DNA from: Alphaproteobacteria bacterium
Lineage (GTDB): Bacteria > Pseudomonadota > Alphaproteobacteria > G965222575
Direction: 5' to 3'
Length of the DNA: 64,000 nt
Assembly (NCBI GenBank): GCA_965222575.1
Contig: OZ244958.1
Coordinates: forward strand, 704,001 to 768,000
A program made the position numbers and the translations under genes. Under the pieces are notes generated by a model. The model was not told where the DNA came from. It did no database searches and worked only from the letters and a program-made list of their open reading frames with translations. The first letter of the stretch is position 1. Each line of letters begins with the position of its first letter. This document shows positions 20,894-31,492 of the stretch, one piece after another.

Positions 20894-22621
20894 ATGTTTC
20901 TTCGTTGTTTGGAGCGGCGCAGTCAGGTTTTATTGAAGGAGCTTTTTCCTGACTTACCGTCGGCGGTGTTGGAATCGGTGAAGTTTGATACACCGCCTGT
21001 GAATCAATACGGAGATTTGTACTGGAATGCGGCTTTAGCTTTAGCCTCTTTTCTGAAACAATCGCCCTTAGAGATTGCGTTTCGACTCAAAGAGCCTTTT
21101 GCGAATCTTGGGGATATTCATCAGGTACAAGTTGCCCCACCGGGCTTTATCAATTTTACGCTTAAGAAAGAGGTTTGGCATCAGGGGCTTCTGTCCATTC
21201 TCAAAAGCGGGTCTTCTTTTGGCGAGAAGCACTGCAGGAAAGCGGAAACTGTTTCTGTGGAATTTCTTTCGGCTAATCCTACGGGCCCTCTTCATGTTGC
21301 CCATGCTAGGGGGGCTGTTTTAGGGGATGTGATTGCCCGTCTCATGGAAAGAGCGGGACATAGGGTTGTGCGTGAGTATTATATCAATGATGCTGGACGG
21401 CAAATCCATGAGTTGGCGGCTTCAACTTTTTATCTTTATTCTCAACAACTAGGCGTAAAGTGCCCTAAACCGCAGGGCTTCTATCCGGGCGCTTATCTGA
21501 AAAGCGTTGCGGGGGAACTCATTGAGACTTATCAAGACAAGTTTATCAACAATCAGAACTGGGAAAAGCCTATCACGGCTTTCCTTCTTCACAAAATGAT
21601 GACACTGATTAAGGAGGACTTGAAAACACTTGGTATTGCTTTTGATTATTTTGTCTCTGAAGCCTCTTTACAGGCGGAAGGGAAAGTGGACGCTATCTTG
21701 CAAGAACTCCAAAAGCGCAACCTCACCTATCAAGGGACACTCCCTCCTCCAAAGGGCAAGCGGGATGTCAACTGGAAACCTCAGAAACGGCTTTTGTTTC
21801 GTGCTTCTCAATTCGGTGATGACCAAGACAGACCTCTGGATAAACCAGATGGACAGTGGACATATTTTGCTACTGATATTGCTTATCACTATGACAAGCT
21901 CTCAAGAGCTACAAAGCTTATCACTATCCTAGGAGCTGACCATGGCGGCTATATAAAACGCATCAAGGCTGTTGTGAATGCTCTTTCCAAGGGGAAGACA
22001 ACCCTTACGTGCCACACCTGTCAGCTCGTGAGACTCCTAAGAGATGGACAAGCTTTACCCATGTCAAAACGACAGGGGCATTTCCTCTCATTGAAAAAAA
22101 TCCTCCAAGAAGTAGGGCCTGATGTCTTGCGCTTCTTTCTTCTCACACGCCGCCACGATGTCTCAATGGACTTCGACCTCCAAGAAGTCCTCAAAGAAAC
22201 GAAGGATAATCCTGTTTTCTATGTTCAGTATGCTCACGCTAGAGCTTGCTCCGTTCGAAAACGCATGTATCAACGCCTCCCTTCCCTCCCCTCAGACCTC
22301 AACACCATAGCCCAACAAGTCAATCTCAACCTCCTAGACGATTCTGTACAAAAGCTCTATCAACAGCTCATTTTCTTCCCTCATGTCCTAGAACAGGCAA
22401 CAAAGAATCTCGAACCCCATCGCCTGACAACTTACCTCTATGAACTCGCCTCACTCTTCCATGCTCTGTTTACAAAGGGAAAAACTCAACAACAACTGCG
22501 CTTCATTAATCCTGAAGACCCCCCTCGTTCCCTCGCAAACCTAGCCGTTGTTATTGCGGTACAAACAATCATTGCTGACGGACTTTCCCTTCTAGGCGTT
22601 AACCCTCCTGAAACAATGTAG
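20894..22621 (+). CDS. argS: Arginine--tRNA ligase
   Basis: EFLSANPTGPLHVAHARG (HIGH-like), EYYINDAG, GADHGGY, MSKR, YVQYAHAR. Confidence 0.97.
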   Translation: MFLRCLERRSQVLLKELFPDLPSAVLESVKFDTPPVNQYGDLYWNAALALASFLKQSPLEIAFRLKEPFANLGDIHQVQVAPPGFINFTLKKEVWHQGLLSILKSGSSFGEKHCRKAETVSVEFLSANPTGPLHVAHARGAVLGDVIARLMERAGHRVVREYYINDAGRQIHELAASTFYLYSQQLGVKCPKPQGFYPGAYLKSVAGELIETYQDKFINNQNWEKPITAFLLHKMMTLIKEDLKTLGIAFDYFVSEASLQAEGKVDAILQELQKRNLTYQGTLPPPKGKRDVNWKPQKRLLFRASQFGDDQDRPLDKPDGQWTYFATDIAYHYDKLSRATKLITILGADHGGYIKRIKAVVNALSKGKTTLTCHTCQLVRLLRDGQALPMSKRQGHFLSLKKILQEVGPDVLRFFLLTRRHDVSMDFDLQEVLKETKDNPVFYVQYAHARACSVRKRMYQRLPSLPSDLNTIAQQVNLNLLDDSVQKLYQQLIFFPHVLEQATKNLEPHRLTTYLYELASLFHALFTKGKTQQQLRFINPEDPPRSLANLAVVIAVQTIIADGLSLLGVNPPETM

Positions 22622-22686
22622 ATGCCTGATTGAATAAGAAGAAAAAATCCTTTATACTCACTAGTAAGGAAAATCCATTTTTTACT

Positions 22687-23253
22687 ATGGCTCAACAACA
22701 ACAACAATCCCACCCCCTTTTAAGACTTCCTCTCTTGCGGTCTGTTTTCTTTTGGGCTTTTGTGTTGTTGGGACTCATTGTGGTGCTCATTTGGCAACCT
22801 TGGATGCGTACACCGCCTCCTACTATTGTGCCCCCTGATACGCAAGTAGAACAATTCTCACCCCCTCAAGAGGAAATAGAAGAAGAGGAGGAAATACAAG
22901 AACAGGAAGAAATGGAACCCCCTAATATAGTGGAAGGACAGGAAAAAGCCGCACCACCCCCGCCCCCGCCTCTGGCTGATGATGAGGTCTCTTCAGAGAC
23001 AACTTACTGCGTACAGCTCTTTGCCTCCTTCCGTCTTGAACCCTTAAAAACCTTTTGGGATACACTACGGCAGAACACTCCAGCACTCTTTGAACCGGTC
23101 ACTGTTTCCATGCCAACTGTCAACCACAATGGCAAGACTCTCTATCGCTTGCGGGTTGGAATCTTTACAAAAGCTACCCTGAAGGACTTTACACAACAGT
23201 TAGAACAACACAACATTGACTACTTTGTTCTTCCCATCCCATCAACATCATAG
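22687..23253 (+). CDS. SPOR-domain membrane protein (FtsN-like)
   Basis: TM helix, acidic/Pro linker, YCVQLFASF...LYRLRVG SPOR pattern; follows argS as usual in alphaproteobacteria. Confidence 0.8.
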   Translation: MAQQQQQSHPLLRLPLLRSVFFWAFVLLGLIVVLIWQPWMRTPPPTIVPPDTQVEQFSPPQEEIEEEEEIQEQEEMEPPNIVEGQEKAAPPPPPPLADDEVSSETTYCVQLFASFRLEPLKTFWDTLRQNTPALFEPVTVSMPTVNHNGKTLYRLRVGIFTKATLKDFTQQLEQHNIDYFVLPIPSTS

Positions 23254-23262
23254 GAGCTTAAT

Positions 23263-23454
23263 ATGAGTATTGGACCGTTACAAATTCTCATTATTCTTCT
23301 TATTGTTCTGATTCTCTTTGGGGCTGGGAAGCTCCCCCGTATTGCAGGAGACCTAGCCAAGGGTATTAGAAATTTCAAAAAAGGGCTTGAGGGGGATGAA
23401 ACAACGACGACACGTGAGACAAAAAAACTACCCTCTTCTCGAAAGAAGAAATAA
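23263..23454 (+). CDS. tatA: Twin-arginine translocase TatA
   Basis: ILFGAGKLPRIAGDLAKGIRNFKKGL. Confidence 0.95.
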   Translation: MSIGPLQILIILLIVLILFGAGKLPRIAGDLAKGIRNFKKGLEGDETTTTRETKKLPSSRKKK

Positions 23455-23477
23455 TTACGTCACTGCTAAGAGAAAAA

Positions 23478-23783
23478 ATGAAGGGGTTTTTATTGTGGGG
23501 GGTCCTTCTAATGCTAGGAGGAAGCAACATTGCAACTGCTCACGGCAGTTTTATTCCCGGTATAGGATGGTCTGAAATCACAATTGTTGTGTTGCTTGCG
23601 TTACTGATTTTTCCGTCCAAAGACCTTCCTGTGTTGATGAAAAAGATGGGGGGCTTTATGGCTGTTGTACGCCATCAAATCCATGGGGTGAAACGGTCTT
23701 TTTTATCTATGGAGGATGAGGCTTCGCAAGAAAAGAAGAAGAAGAAGCCAGACAATGGAGACTCTTCTTCCTCTGAACGATAA
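23478..23783 (+). CDS. tatB: Twin-arginine translocase TatB with N-terminal extension
   Basis: IGWSEITIVVLLALLIFPSKDLP; position between tatA and tatC. Confidence 0.8.
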   Translation: MKGFLLWGVLLMLGGSNIATAHGSFIPGIGWSEITIVVLLALLIFPSKDLPVLMKKMGGFMAVVRHQIHGVKRSFLSMEDEASQEKKKKKPDNGDSSSSER

Positions 23784-24544
23784 TGCGTGCCCGTCCCTCT
23801 TCTTTTGTACAGCACCTAGCGGAATTGCGAAAACGACTCTTTTTTTGTGTCCTGCTGTTTGGGGGCATCTTTCTTTTGAGCTATACACAGGCGGAGAGGC
23901 TTTATTATCTTCTTAGCTTGCCCTTGAGGGCTGTCTTTGGAGCTTACGAGGAAGGGAGTCGACGTCTGATTTTCACTTCTTTACAGGAAGTCTTTATCAC
24001 CTATATCAAAGTGTCGAGCTGGGTTGCGGTTTTTGTAACCCTTCCCATTGCCATGAGCCAGCTTTATCTTTTTATCGCCCCCGGACTCCGTTATGTGGAA
24101 AAACGTGTACTCCTGCCTCTCCTGGCTCTTTTTCCCCTTTTATTTTTCTTAGGCATTTTCATTGCTTATATCCTTCTTCTGCCTATAATTTTCCGCTTCT
24201 TTTTAGGGTTTGAAATCCCTTCTGCTGAAGAGACTTTACCCCTGCAACTAGAGCTTAAAATTCATGATTATCTCTCTTTTACCCTTCATCTGATGCTAGC
24301 TGTAGGATTGATTTTTCAGCTTCCCCTTCTGTGTATTCTTTCCTATGTCACAGGACTTGTGAGTCTGAAGGCCTTGCGAAAAGGACGGCGTGTAGCCATT
24401 GTTTTGAGCTTCCTTATCGCTGCCCTCTTCACGCCACCTGACCCCTTAAGCCAGATTATCATGGCGTTCCCAATTGTTGCTTTATATGAACTATCCTTGC
24501 TGGTAATATGGATACTTAAGCATATGGCCAATTCAAAACAATAG
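23783..24544 (+). CDS. tatC: Twin-arginine translocase TatC
   Basis: HLAELRKRL, FIAPGL, FQLP, FTPPDPLSQ, LYE. Confidence 0.96.
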   Translation: MRARPSSFVQHLAELRKRLFFCVLLFGGIFLLSYTQAERLYYLLSLPLRAVFGAYEEGSRRLIFTSLQEVFITYIKVSSWVAVFVTLPIAMSQLYLFIAPGLRYVEKRVLLPLLALFPLLFFLGIFIAYILLLPIIFRFFLGFEIPSAEETLPLQLELKIHDYLSFTLHLMLAVGLIFQLPLLCILSYVTGLVSLKALRKGRRVAIVLSFLIAALFTPPDPLSQIIMAFPIVALYELSLLVIWILKHMANSKQ

Positions 24545-24552
24545 TTAGCATT

Positions 24553-25797
24553 ATGTTAGATATGCATCTGATACGCTCTTCTTTAGAAGAGGTAAAAGAC
24601 GCCTTGAAGTATCGTCTTTCCTCTTTGAAGGAGCTAGACGATGTTGTGGACACTGATAAGAAAAGCCGCGCTGTTCTGTGGAAGCTTGAGGAAAAAAGAG
24701 CACTTAGAAATCAATTGTCTCAACGACAAAGCAAGCCTTTTTCAGATGTTCAGGCGTTAAAACAAGAGATTCAAACATTGAATGCGCAATATAAAGAGCT
24801 ACAACACCAGTTACAAGAAGCGTTATTTAGGATTCCCAACTTGCCGTTGCCTAGTGTGCCACAGGGAGAAGGGAAAGCCTCTAATGTTGTCCTCCGTCAA
24901 GAAGGCAGCATCAGAAACTTTCCCTTCAAGATTCAAAATCACATGGCATTAGGTGCTAGGCTTGGGGGGATGGATTTTGCTACGGCTGCCAAGATAGCCG
25001 GCGCACGCTTTGTGGTGCTATCGGGGACTTTAGCGAGAATGGAACGTGCCTTGATAGCCTTTATGCTGGATATCCATACTAAGCGCTGTGGATACACAGA
25101 GGTGAGTGTTCCTCTTCTTAGTCGTACGCCTGCTATGGAAGGGACTGGTCAATTGCCAAAATTTCATGATGATCAGTTTCAAACAACAAGAGGAGAATGG
25201 CTTATTCCAACAGGGGAAGTGCCGTTGACCAATATGGTACGGGAGACGATTTTGTCTGCTGCTGACCTTCCCTTACGATTTACCACAGCGTCTCCTTGCT
25301 TTCGACAGGAGGCAGGTGCTGCCGGAAAAGAAACCCATGGACTCATTAGACAACACCAGTTTTATAAAGTGGAATTAGTGAGTATTGTTTCTCCTGAAGA
25401 GGGGGAAAGCGAACTAGAACGTATGCGCGCGTGTGCAGAAATCATCTTAAAAGAATTATGCATTCCATACCGCGTGGTTTTGTTATCACGTGGAGAAATG
25501 GGCTTTAGTGCTTGTAAAAGCTATGATTTGGAAGTCTGGATACCGAGCCAGCAAACGTATAGAGAAATCTCCTCTTGCTCCTTGTGTGGGGATTTTCAAA
25601 GTCGCCGCATGTCCGCCCGCGTAAAAGTCAACAAAACTCTATACTTTCCCCATACACTCAATGGCTCCGGTGTCGCCGTAGGACGCCTCATGGTTGCCCT
25701 TTTAGAAAATTATCAGGAAAAAAATGGGGCTATCACTCTCCCTGATGCCCTACATCCCTACATGCCAGAACACACAACACTCACCCCACCTTCTTAG
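24553..25797 (+). CDS. serS: Serine--tRNA ligase
   Basis: GTGQLPKF, LIPTGEVP, FRQEAG, YREISSCS, HTLNGSG. Confidence 0.97.
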   Translation: MLDMHLIRSSLEEVKDALKYRLSSLKELDDVVDTDKKSRAVLWKLEEKRALRNQLSQRQSKPFSDVQALKQEIQTLNAQYKELQHQLQEALFRIPNLPLPSVPQGEGKASNVVLRQEGSIRNFPFKIQNHMALGARLGGMDFATAAKIAGARFVVLSGTLARMERALIAFMLDIHTKRCGYTEVSVPLLSRTPAMEGTGQLPKFHDDQFQTTRGEWLIPTGEVPLTNMVRETILSAADLPLRFTTASPCFRQEAGAAGKETHGLIRQHQFYKVELVSIVSPEEGESELERMRACAEIILKELCIPYRVVLLSRGEMGFSACKSYDLEVWIPSQQTYREISSCSLCGDFQSRRMSARVKVNKTLYFPHTLNGSGVAVGRLMVALLENYQEKNGAITLPDALHPYMPEHTTLTPPS

Positions 25798-25925
25798 TCA
25801 AAGCCCCCCCTTAGGCTATCTTCAGACGGGTAATGGGGATTCTTCTTCCTTTCATCTTAAAGAAAAAGCCCCCCCCCTTAGGCAATGAGGGCAAGGGTTT
25901 TCCCCTCTTAAAGTGCCCTTTGCTT

Positions 25926-27010
25926 TTATTGAAGAATAGAAAAATAAATATCAATTTTCTCACTTTCTTCATCCAACGGAGTTTTTACAAGGTCAGAAAG
26001 GGTAATGGGAAGAGCGTCTCTCACCTTTTCATCCAATTGCGTTACGGCATGGCTTAACATGGGTTTATATCCTGCATTTTCCGCCCGACTAAAGCTTACT
26101 TCAGCACCGTCAGTATCCCCATCTAGGTATAGAGACTCCCCTTGCACTATATAGGCTTGGCCATCATAATGCCCACTTCCACTACTGAGTGCTTCATCCA
26201 GTACACTAATAGCCTCATCATGCCTACCGAGTTTTCCAAGAGTGTATCCCAATGCCGTGAGATATTCAGCAATATCTCCCATGGAAGGAATCCGGTGGTT
26301 GACATCCCTAGTAGGCTGCAAGTGCCATCGGTAGCGGCTATTAAATTCGATTCCACCGTTGTTGTAAGCTCTAGCTCTGCAAATTTTTGCTCCGCTAATT
26401 CTAAGAAATCTTCCGCTTCATCCTCCATATCAAGGGCTATATAAATTTGCGCTTTGCGGATACAATACATAGTACTAGCCTGAAATAACTCAATCCCTTC
26501 GTAATCAATTTGATTGATAAGTGCTAAGGCTTCCTCATTAAGACCTTGAGAATGGAGGGCTTCCGCTCCTAAAATAGAAAGAAGTTGGTGAACAGTCCGG
26601 TTAGGATTCAGTTGTAACCCTTCTTGAGCATGAAGCCACGCTTCTTCGTAATGTCCCATCACGGACAAGGCCTTGCCTACCATAAAATGAACAAGGGCAT
26701 TGTTACCGGAGGATTGCAAGAGTTTTCTCCCTTCTGACACAACCTCTTTATATTTCTTTGCTTCGTAAAGAAAATCTAATTCTAACCCTTTCATGTCCTC
26801 TAAATCTACAACGGTGTGCACAAGAGTCTTTTCTACCCTTTGCAAGGAAAGAGAGTTCCATTTTTCAGCCTCGATATACCAATCCAGCCAATAATAATTT
26901 CCATCCTTCAAAGTCCTGCCTTCAAAATCTCTTAACAGCAATAGAGCCATTGTGTTGAAAGGAAACCACAAACCTATACTGATAAGTAGGACGGCCAAGC
27001 ACTTAATCAT
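25926..27010 (-). pseudogene. Secreted TPR protein, copy C, frameshifted
   Basis: Paralog of 27029-28108; one base missing near 26318 (ACTTGCAG vs ACTTGGCAG) splits it into ORFs 26147-27010 and 25926-26321. Confidence 0.85.
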
Positions 27011-27028
27011 AGTGGCTCTCCTTTGCTT

Positions 27029-28108
27029 TTATTGAAGAATAGAAAAATAAATATCAATTTTCTCACTTTCTTCATCCAACGGAGTTGTTACAAGGTCAGC
27101 AAGAGTAATGGGAAGAGCGTCTCTCACTTTTTCATCCAATTGCGTTACGGCATGGTTTAACATGGGTTTATATCCTGCATTTTCCGCCCGACTAAAGCTT
27201 ACTTCAGCACCATCGGTATCCCCATCTAGGTATTGAGACTCCCCTTGCACTATATAGGCTTGACCATCATAATGCCCACTTCCACTACTGAGCGCTTCAT
27301 CCAGTACGCTAATAGCGTCACCATGCCTACCAAGTTTTCCAAGAGTGTATCCCAATGCCGTGAGATATTCAGAAATATCTCCCATGGAAGGAATCAGTTG
27401 GTTGACATCACTAGTAGGCTGCCAAGTGCCATCAGTAGCGGACGCTAAACCCGATTGTACCATTGCTGTAAGCTCTGAATATTTTTGCTCCGCTAATTCT
27501 AAGAAATCTTCCGCTTCATCATCCATATCAAGGGCTATATAAATTTGCGCTTTGCGGATAAAATACATAGTACTAGCCTGAAATAACTCAATCCCTTCGT
27601 AATCAATTTGATTGATAAGCACTAAGGCTTCCTCATTAAGACCTTGAGAATGGAGAGCTTCCGCTCCTAAAATAGAAAGAAGTTGGTAAACAGTCCGATT
27701 AGGATTCAGTTTTAACCCTTCTTTCGCATGAAGCCACGCTTCTTCGTAATGTCCCATCACGGACAAGGCCTTGCCTACCATAAAATGAACAAGGGCATTG
27801 TTACCGGATAATTTCAAGAGTTCTTTCCCTTCTGACACAACCTCTTTATATTTCTTTGCTTCGTAAAGAAAATCTAAGTCTAACCCTTTCATGCCCTCTA
27901 AATCTGCAACGGTGTGCACAAGAGTCTTTTCTACCTTTTGCCCGGACCGAGAGTTCCATTGACCAGCCTTGATATACCAATCCAGCCAATAATAACTTCC
28001 ATTCTTCACAGTCCTGCCTTCAAAATCTGTTGACAGCAATAGAGCCATTGTATTGAAAGGAAACCACAAACCTATACTGATAAGTAGGACGGCCAAGCAC
28101 TTAATCAT
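27029..28108 (-). CDS. Secreted TPR protein, copy B
   Basis: Signal peptide; TPR-like helices (GKALSVMGHYEEA, LGYTLGKLGRHGDA, GES.YLDGDTDGA). Confidence 0.8.
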   Translation of the reverse strand: MIKCLAVLLISIGLWFPFNTMALLLSTDFEGRTVKNGSYYWLDWYIKAGQWNSRSGQKVEKTLVHTVADLEGMKGLDLDFLYEAKKYKEVVSEGKELLKLSGNNALVHFMVGKALSVMGHYEEAWLHAKEGLKLNPNRTVYQLLSILGAEALHSQGLNEEALVLINQIDYEGIELFQASTMYFIRKAQIYIALDMDDEAEDFLELAEQKYSELTAMVQSGLASATDGTWQPTSDVNQLIPSMGDISEYLTALGYTLGKLGRHGDAISVLDEALSSGSGHYDGQAYIVQGESQYLDGDTDGAEVSFSRAENAGYKPMLNHAVTQLDEKVRDALPITLADLVTTPLDEESEKIDIYFSILQ

Positions 28109-28208
28109 AGCGGCTCTCCTTAGCTTTTAGAAAGAATCTAACAAAATATACGCTTAGTGTAGAATAAAATAATAAAAAAGTCAAAAACCCTGTACTTTCC
28201 CTATACGC

Positions 28209-28263
28209 ACATCCCTACATGCCAGCACACACAACCCCTCACCCCACCTTCTTAGTCAAAGCC
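28209..28263 (+). repeat. Duplicate of the serS 3' end marking a tandem duplication boundary
   Basis: ACATCCCTACATGCCAG...CCCCACCTTCTTAGTCAAAGCC also at 25752-25805. Confidence 0.9.
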
Positions 28264-28370
28264 TATCCCTTTTCATCTTAAAGGAAAAAAGACCCGCCCT
28301 TTAGGGCAATGAGGGTAAGGGTTCAACCCCTCCTGTCTTTTAGCGTAACCTCTTAAAGTGCCCTTTGCTT

Positions 28371-29450
28371 TTATTGAAGAATAGAAAAATAAATATCAAT
28401 TTTCTCACTTTCTTCATCCAACGGAATTGTTGCAAGGTCAGCAAGGGTAATGGGAAGAGCGTCTCTCACCTTTTCATCCAATTGCGTTACGGCATGGCTT
28501 AACATGGGTTTATATCCTGCATTTTCCGCCCGACTAAAGCTTACTTCAGCACCATCGGTATCCCCATCTAGATATTTAGACTCCCCTTGCACTATATAGG
28601 CTTGACCATCATAATGCCCGCTTCCACTAGTGAGTGCTTCATCCAGTACACTAATAGCCTCATCATGCCTACCAAGTTTTCCAAGAGTGTATCCCAATGC
28701 CGTGAGATATTCAGCAATATCTCCCATGGAAGGAATCAGTTGGTTGACATTTCTAGTAGGTTGCCAAGTGCCATCGGTAGCGGACGCTAAACCCGATTGT
28801 ACCATTGCTGTAAGCTCTGAATATTTTTGCTCCGCTAATTCTAACAAATCTTCCGCTTCATCATCCATATCAAGGGCTACATAAATTTGCGCTTTGCGGA
28901 TAAAATACATAGTACTAGCCTGAAATAACTCAATCCCTTCATAATCAATTTGATTGATAAGCACTAAGGCTTCCTCATTAAGACCCTGAGAATGGAGGGC
29001 TTCCGCTCCTAAAATAGAAAGAAGTTGGTGAACAGTCCGGTTAGGACCCAGTTGTAACCCTTCTTGAGCATGAAGCCACGCTTCTTCGTAATGTCCCATC
29101 ACGGACAAGGCCTTGCCTATCATAAAATGAACAAGGGTATTGCTACCGGAGGATTTCAAGAGTTTTCTCCCTTCTGACACAACCTCTTTATATTTCTTTG
29201 CTTCGTAAAGAAAATCTAAGTCTAACCCTTTCATGCCCTCTAAATCTGCAACAGTGTTCACAAGAGTCTTTTCTAACTTTTGCCCGGACCGAGAGTCCCA
29301 TTGACCAGCCTTGATATACCAATCCAGCCAATAATAATTTCCATCCCTCAAAGTCGTGCTTTCAAAATCTGTTGACAGCAATAGAGCCATTGTGTTGAAA
29401 GGAAACCACAAAGTCATACTGATAAGTAGGGCGGGCAAGAACTTAATCAT
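28371..29450 (-). CDS. Secreted TPR protein, copy A
   Basis: Same length (359 aa) as copy B and highly similar to it. Confidence 0.8.
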   Translation of the reverse strand: MIKFLPALLISMTLWFPFNTMALLLSTDFESTTLRDGNYYWLDWYIKAGQWDSRSGQKLEKTLVNTVADLEGMKGLDLDFLYEAKKYKEVVSEGRKLLKSSGSNTLVHFMIGKALSVMGHYEEAWLHAQEGLQLGPNRTVHQLLSILGAEALHSQGLNEEALVLINQIDYEGIELFQASTMYFIRKAQIYVALDMDDEAEDLLELAEQKYSELTAMVQSGLASATDGTWQPTRNVNQLIPSMGDIAEYLTALGYTLGKLGRHDEAISVLDEALTSGSGHYDGQAYIVQGESKYLDGDTDGAEVSFSRAENAGYKPMLSHAVTQLDEKVRDALPITLADLATIPLDEESEKIDIYFSILQ

Positions 29451-29721
29451 AGCAGGACTCCTTAGCTTTTAGAAAGAATCTAACAAAATCTACGCTTAGT
29501 GTAGAATAAAATAATAAAAAAGTCAACAAAACCCTACAAAAAAATATGACTATGTCTTCAAAGGGAGGAGTTAAAGAATTTCTTGCTTTGATTTTCTGAT
29601 AAAATGCGTATATAGTAAGAAAATACCTTGAGGGTTAACGCATTAAGCCTATGAACCCTAGTTACGATGATTCTGAGAGTTTATGTAAAGAGGTTGATGA
29701 AGTTGTAGTTCAAATTTTGTT

Positions 29722-31446
29722 GTGATGCGTATTTTTATCCCTTATAAGCTGTTGATATTAGGCATATTTTTTGCCGTTGTCTTGCCGGTGGAGGCAGAGT
29801 CTTTGAAAGAAGGCGTACAAGAGCATCTCCCGGGAAAGGCATTTCCTAAGCCTTTAGCGGATTCCAAAGCGACACTCCCTGTCATGCAAAATCCTTTTGA
29901 GATTCCTAAAGGGGCGGAGGAGGTGATTTTGCAGGTGAAGAGTCTGGTGATTGAGAATCTTGACCCTGCTTTAGAACAAGAAATTTATGTGATGCGGGAA
30001 TCGTTTTTGAAGCGCCCCGAGCAAACACTGGAAGCTGTCTATCTTTTCTCTCATGCTATCACAAGGCTTTATAATAGAAGGGGATTTATTTTTACGCGTT
30101 GCTTAGTTGTGCCACAAGAGATTGATAAAACAAAAGCCATCATTCGCCTGCGTATTGTTACCTCCTCTCTAGGTACCATCACAGTCAACCAAGAGGGACA
30201 ACGAGTCCCTATTATCATGGCTTATGTCAACAGAATGTATCAACAGGGGAAAATGGATACGAAGGTGCTGGAAAAATATTTGTTTCTCATGAATGATTTG
30301 CCGGGCTACACGGTACGGTCATACTTCACCGCTGATGATGAAACTCCTGATTTGTTTTATCTTCACTTGGAAGTCACGAAAAATGCCAACCTCCATACCT
30401 TGCGCGTCAGCAACAAGTCTTCCCCTTATAAAAAGTTAAAAATCAGTGCCACTACAATGCTCGTTGATACGATTTTTCAATCCAATGAAAGTGTCATTCT
30501 GGCCTTAGAAAAGGGCATTTACGGTGAAGATACTCGTAGTCTAAAATGGAATCTCGCCGTGCAGTACCCTCTTAGTGTCAGAGGCGATGAGGTACATTTT
30601 CTGTTCAGCTATGGTGATAATCTCAGTGGTAGTAGTGGCAATTATCCTATTCAATCAACTAGCACAAACATAGAAGGACAATACAAAAAGGTCTTTTTAC
30701 GCGGTAGCAGATTCAATATTAGAGGATTACTAGGGTTAGGACATAAGATTTTGAGCTCAGAGCTTGTCCCAAGAGCGGACGTGCTAAGCGGCGCAGATAT
30801 CCAAAGTAACGTTAACATCTATAAGGATAGATATCCCTATTTTTATCTTGAGGGGAGCATTGACTGGGCAACCCCTTCATCGGTTTCTTTATTTTCTATG
30901 AAGTATGTTTCTTCCCTGAAATCTGAGGGCATTTTTGGGGAGTCTCGTGCAGAATCTACACAGGACGCAACGCCGACTTTTCGCTACCTTGTTCTCTCAA
31001 CCTCCAGAACACAATCCATCCTGAATCTAGGACTGTCTTTTGAATTACAGAGCTACTTTTTACTCTCTTCAGACCCCCTGCCGTCCTTAGAGGGCGTGTC
31101 TTACGGATACGGGGAGTATGGCGGTATTTTCCCCTCCTCCATTATAGGCGATGAAGGCTATACAGCACGCGTAGAAGTCTCTTTGACCTTACCAAAATAT
31201 GGCTTCATCCCTTATGCCTTCTTTGATATGGGGAAAATGACCAAGAAAACACGGTTGCATGCTCAAGAAAGTTCCTATTATATGGTTGATACCTTAGCTA
31301 AACGGAGTTCTTATGGGTTGGGGTTGCGTCTCCAACTCCATCGTATGGTAGGGGATTTTGTTTTCACTTTTCCTACTAAGAAGTATGAGGCAAAAGCGGG
31401 GGGACGTAAATACCTCTTTTTCTTTACACTCACCTCATTTTTCTAA
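29722..31446 (+). CDS. ShlB/FhaC/HecB (TpsB) two-partner secretion pore
   Basis: POTRA-like ITRLYNRRGFIFTRCLVVPQEI and LEKYLFLMNDLPG; GDEGYTARVE; SYGLGLR; terminal Phe. Confidence 0.8.
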   Translation: MMRIFIPYKLLILGIFFAVVLPVEAESLKEGVQEHLPGKAFPKPLADSKATLPVMQNPFEIPKGAEEVILQVKSLVIENLDPALEQEIYVMRESFLKRPEQTLEAVYLFSHAITRLYNRRGFIFTRCLVVPQEIDKTKAIIRLRIVTSSLGTITVNQEGQRVPIIMAYVNRMYQQGKMDTKVLEKYLFLMNDLPGYTVRSYFTADDETPDLFYLHLEVTKNANLHTLRVSNKSSPYKKLKISATTMLVDTIFQSNESVILALEKGIYGEDTRSLKWNLAVQYPLSVRGDEVHFLFSYGDNLSGSSGNYPIQSTSTNIEGQYKKVFLRGSRFNIRGLLGLGHKILSSELVPRADVLSGADIQSNVNIYKDRYPYFYLEGSIDWATPSSVSLFSMKYVSSLKSEGIFGESRAESTQDATPTFRYLVLSTSRTQSILNLGLSFELQSYFLLSSDPLPSLEGVSYGYGEYGGIFPSSIIGDEGYTARVEVSLTLPKYGFIPYAFFDMGKMTKKTRLHAQESSYYMVDTLAKRSSYGLGLRLQLHRMVGDFVFTFPTKKYEAKAGGRKYLFFFTLTSFF

Positions 31447-31492
31447 TCTCAAGGGGATGAGCGGGCGGGATTTTTCAAGGGCAATATTGCCC

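Noticed and set aside
25752-28263. Integrative element with att sites in serS
   Set aside because: No integrase, and the repeat extends through the whole TPR gene, so tandem duplication explains it.
25926-29450. Diversity-generating retroelement target and template
   Set aside because: No reverse transcriptase; differences do not look adenine-specific and whole genes are duplicated.
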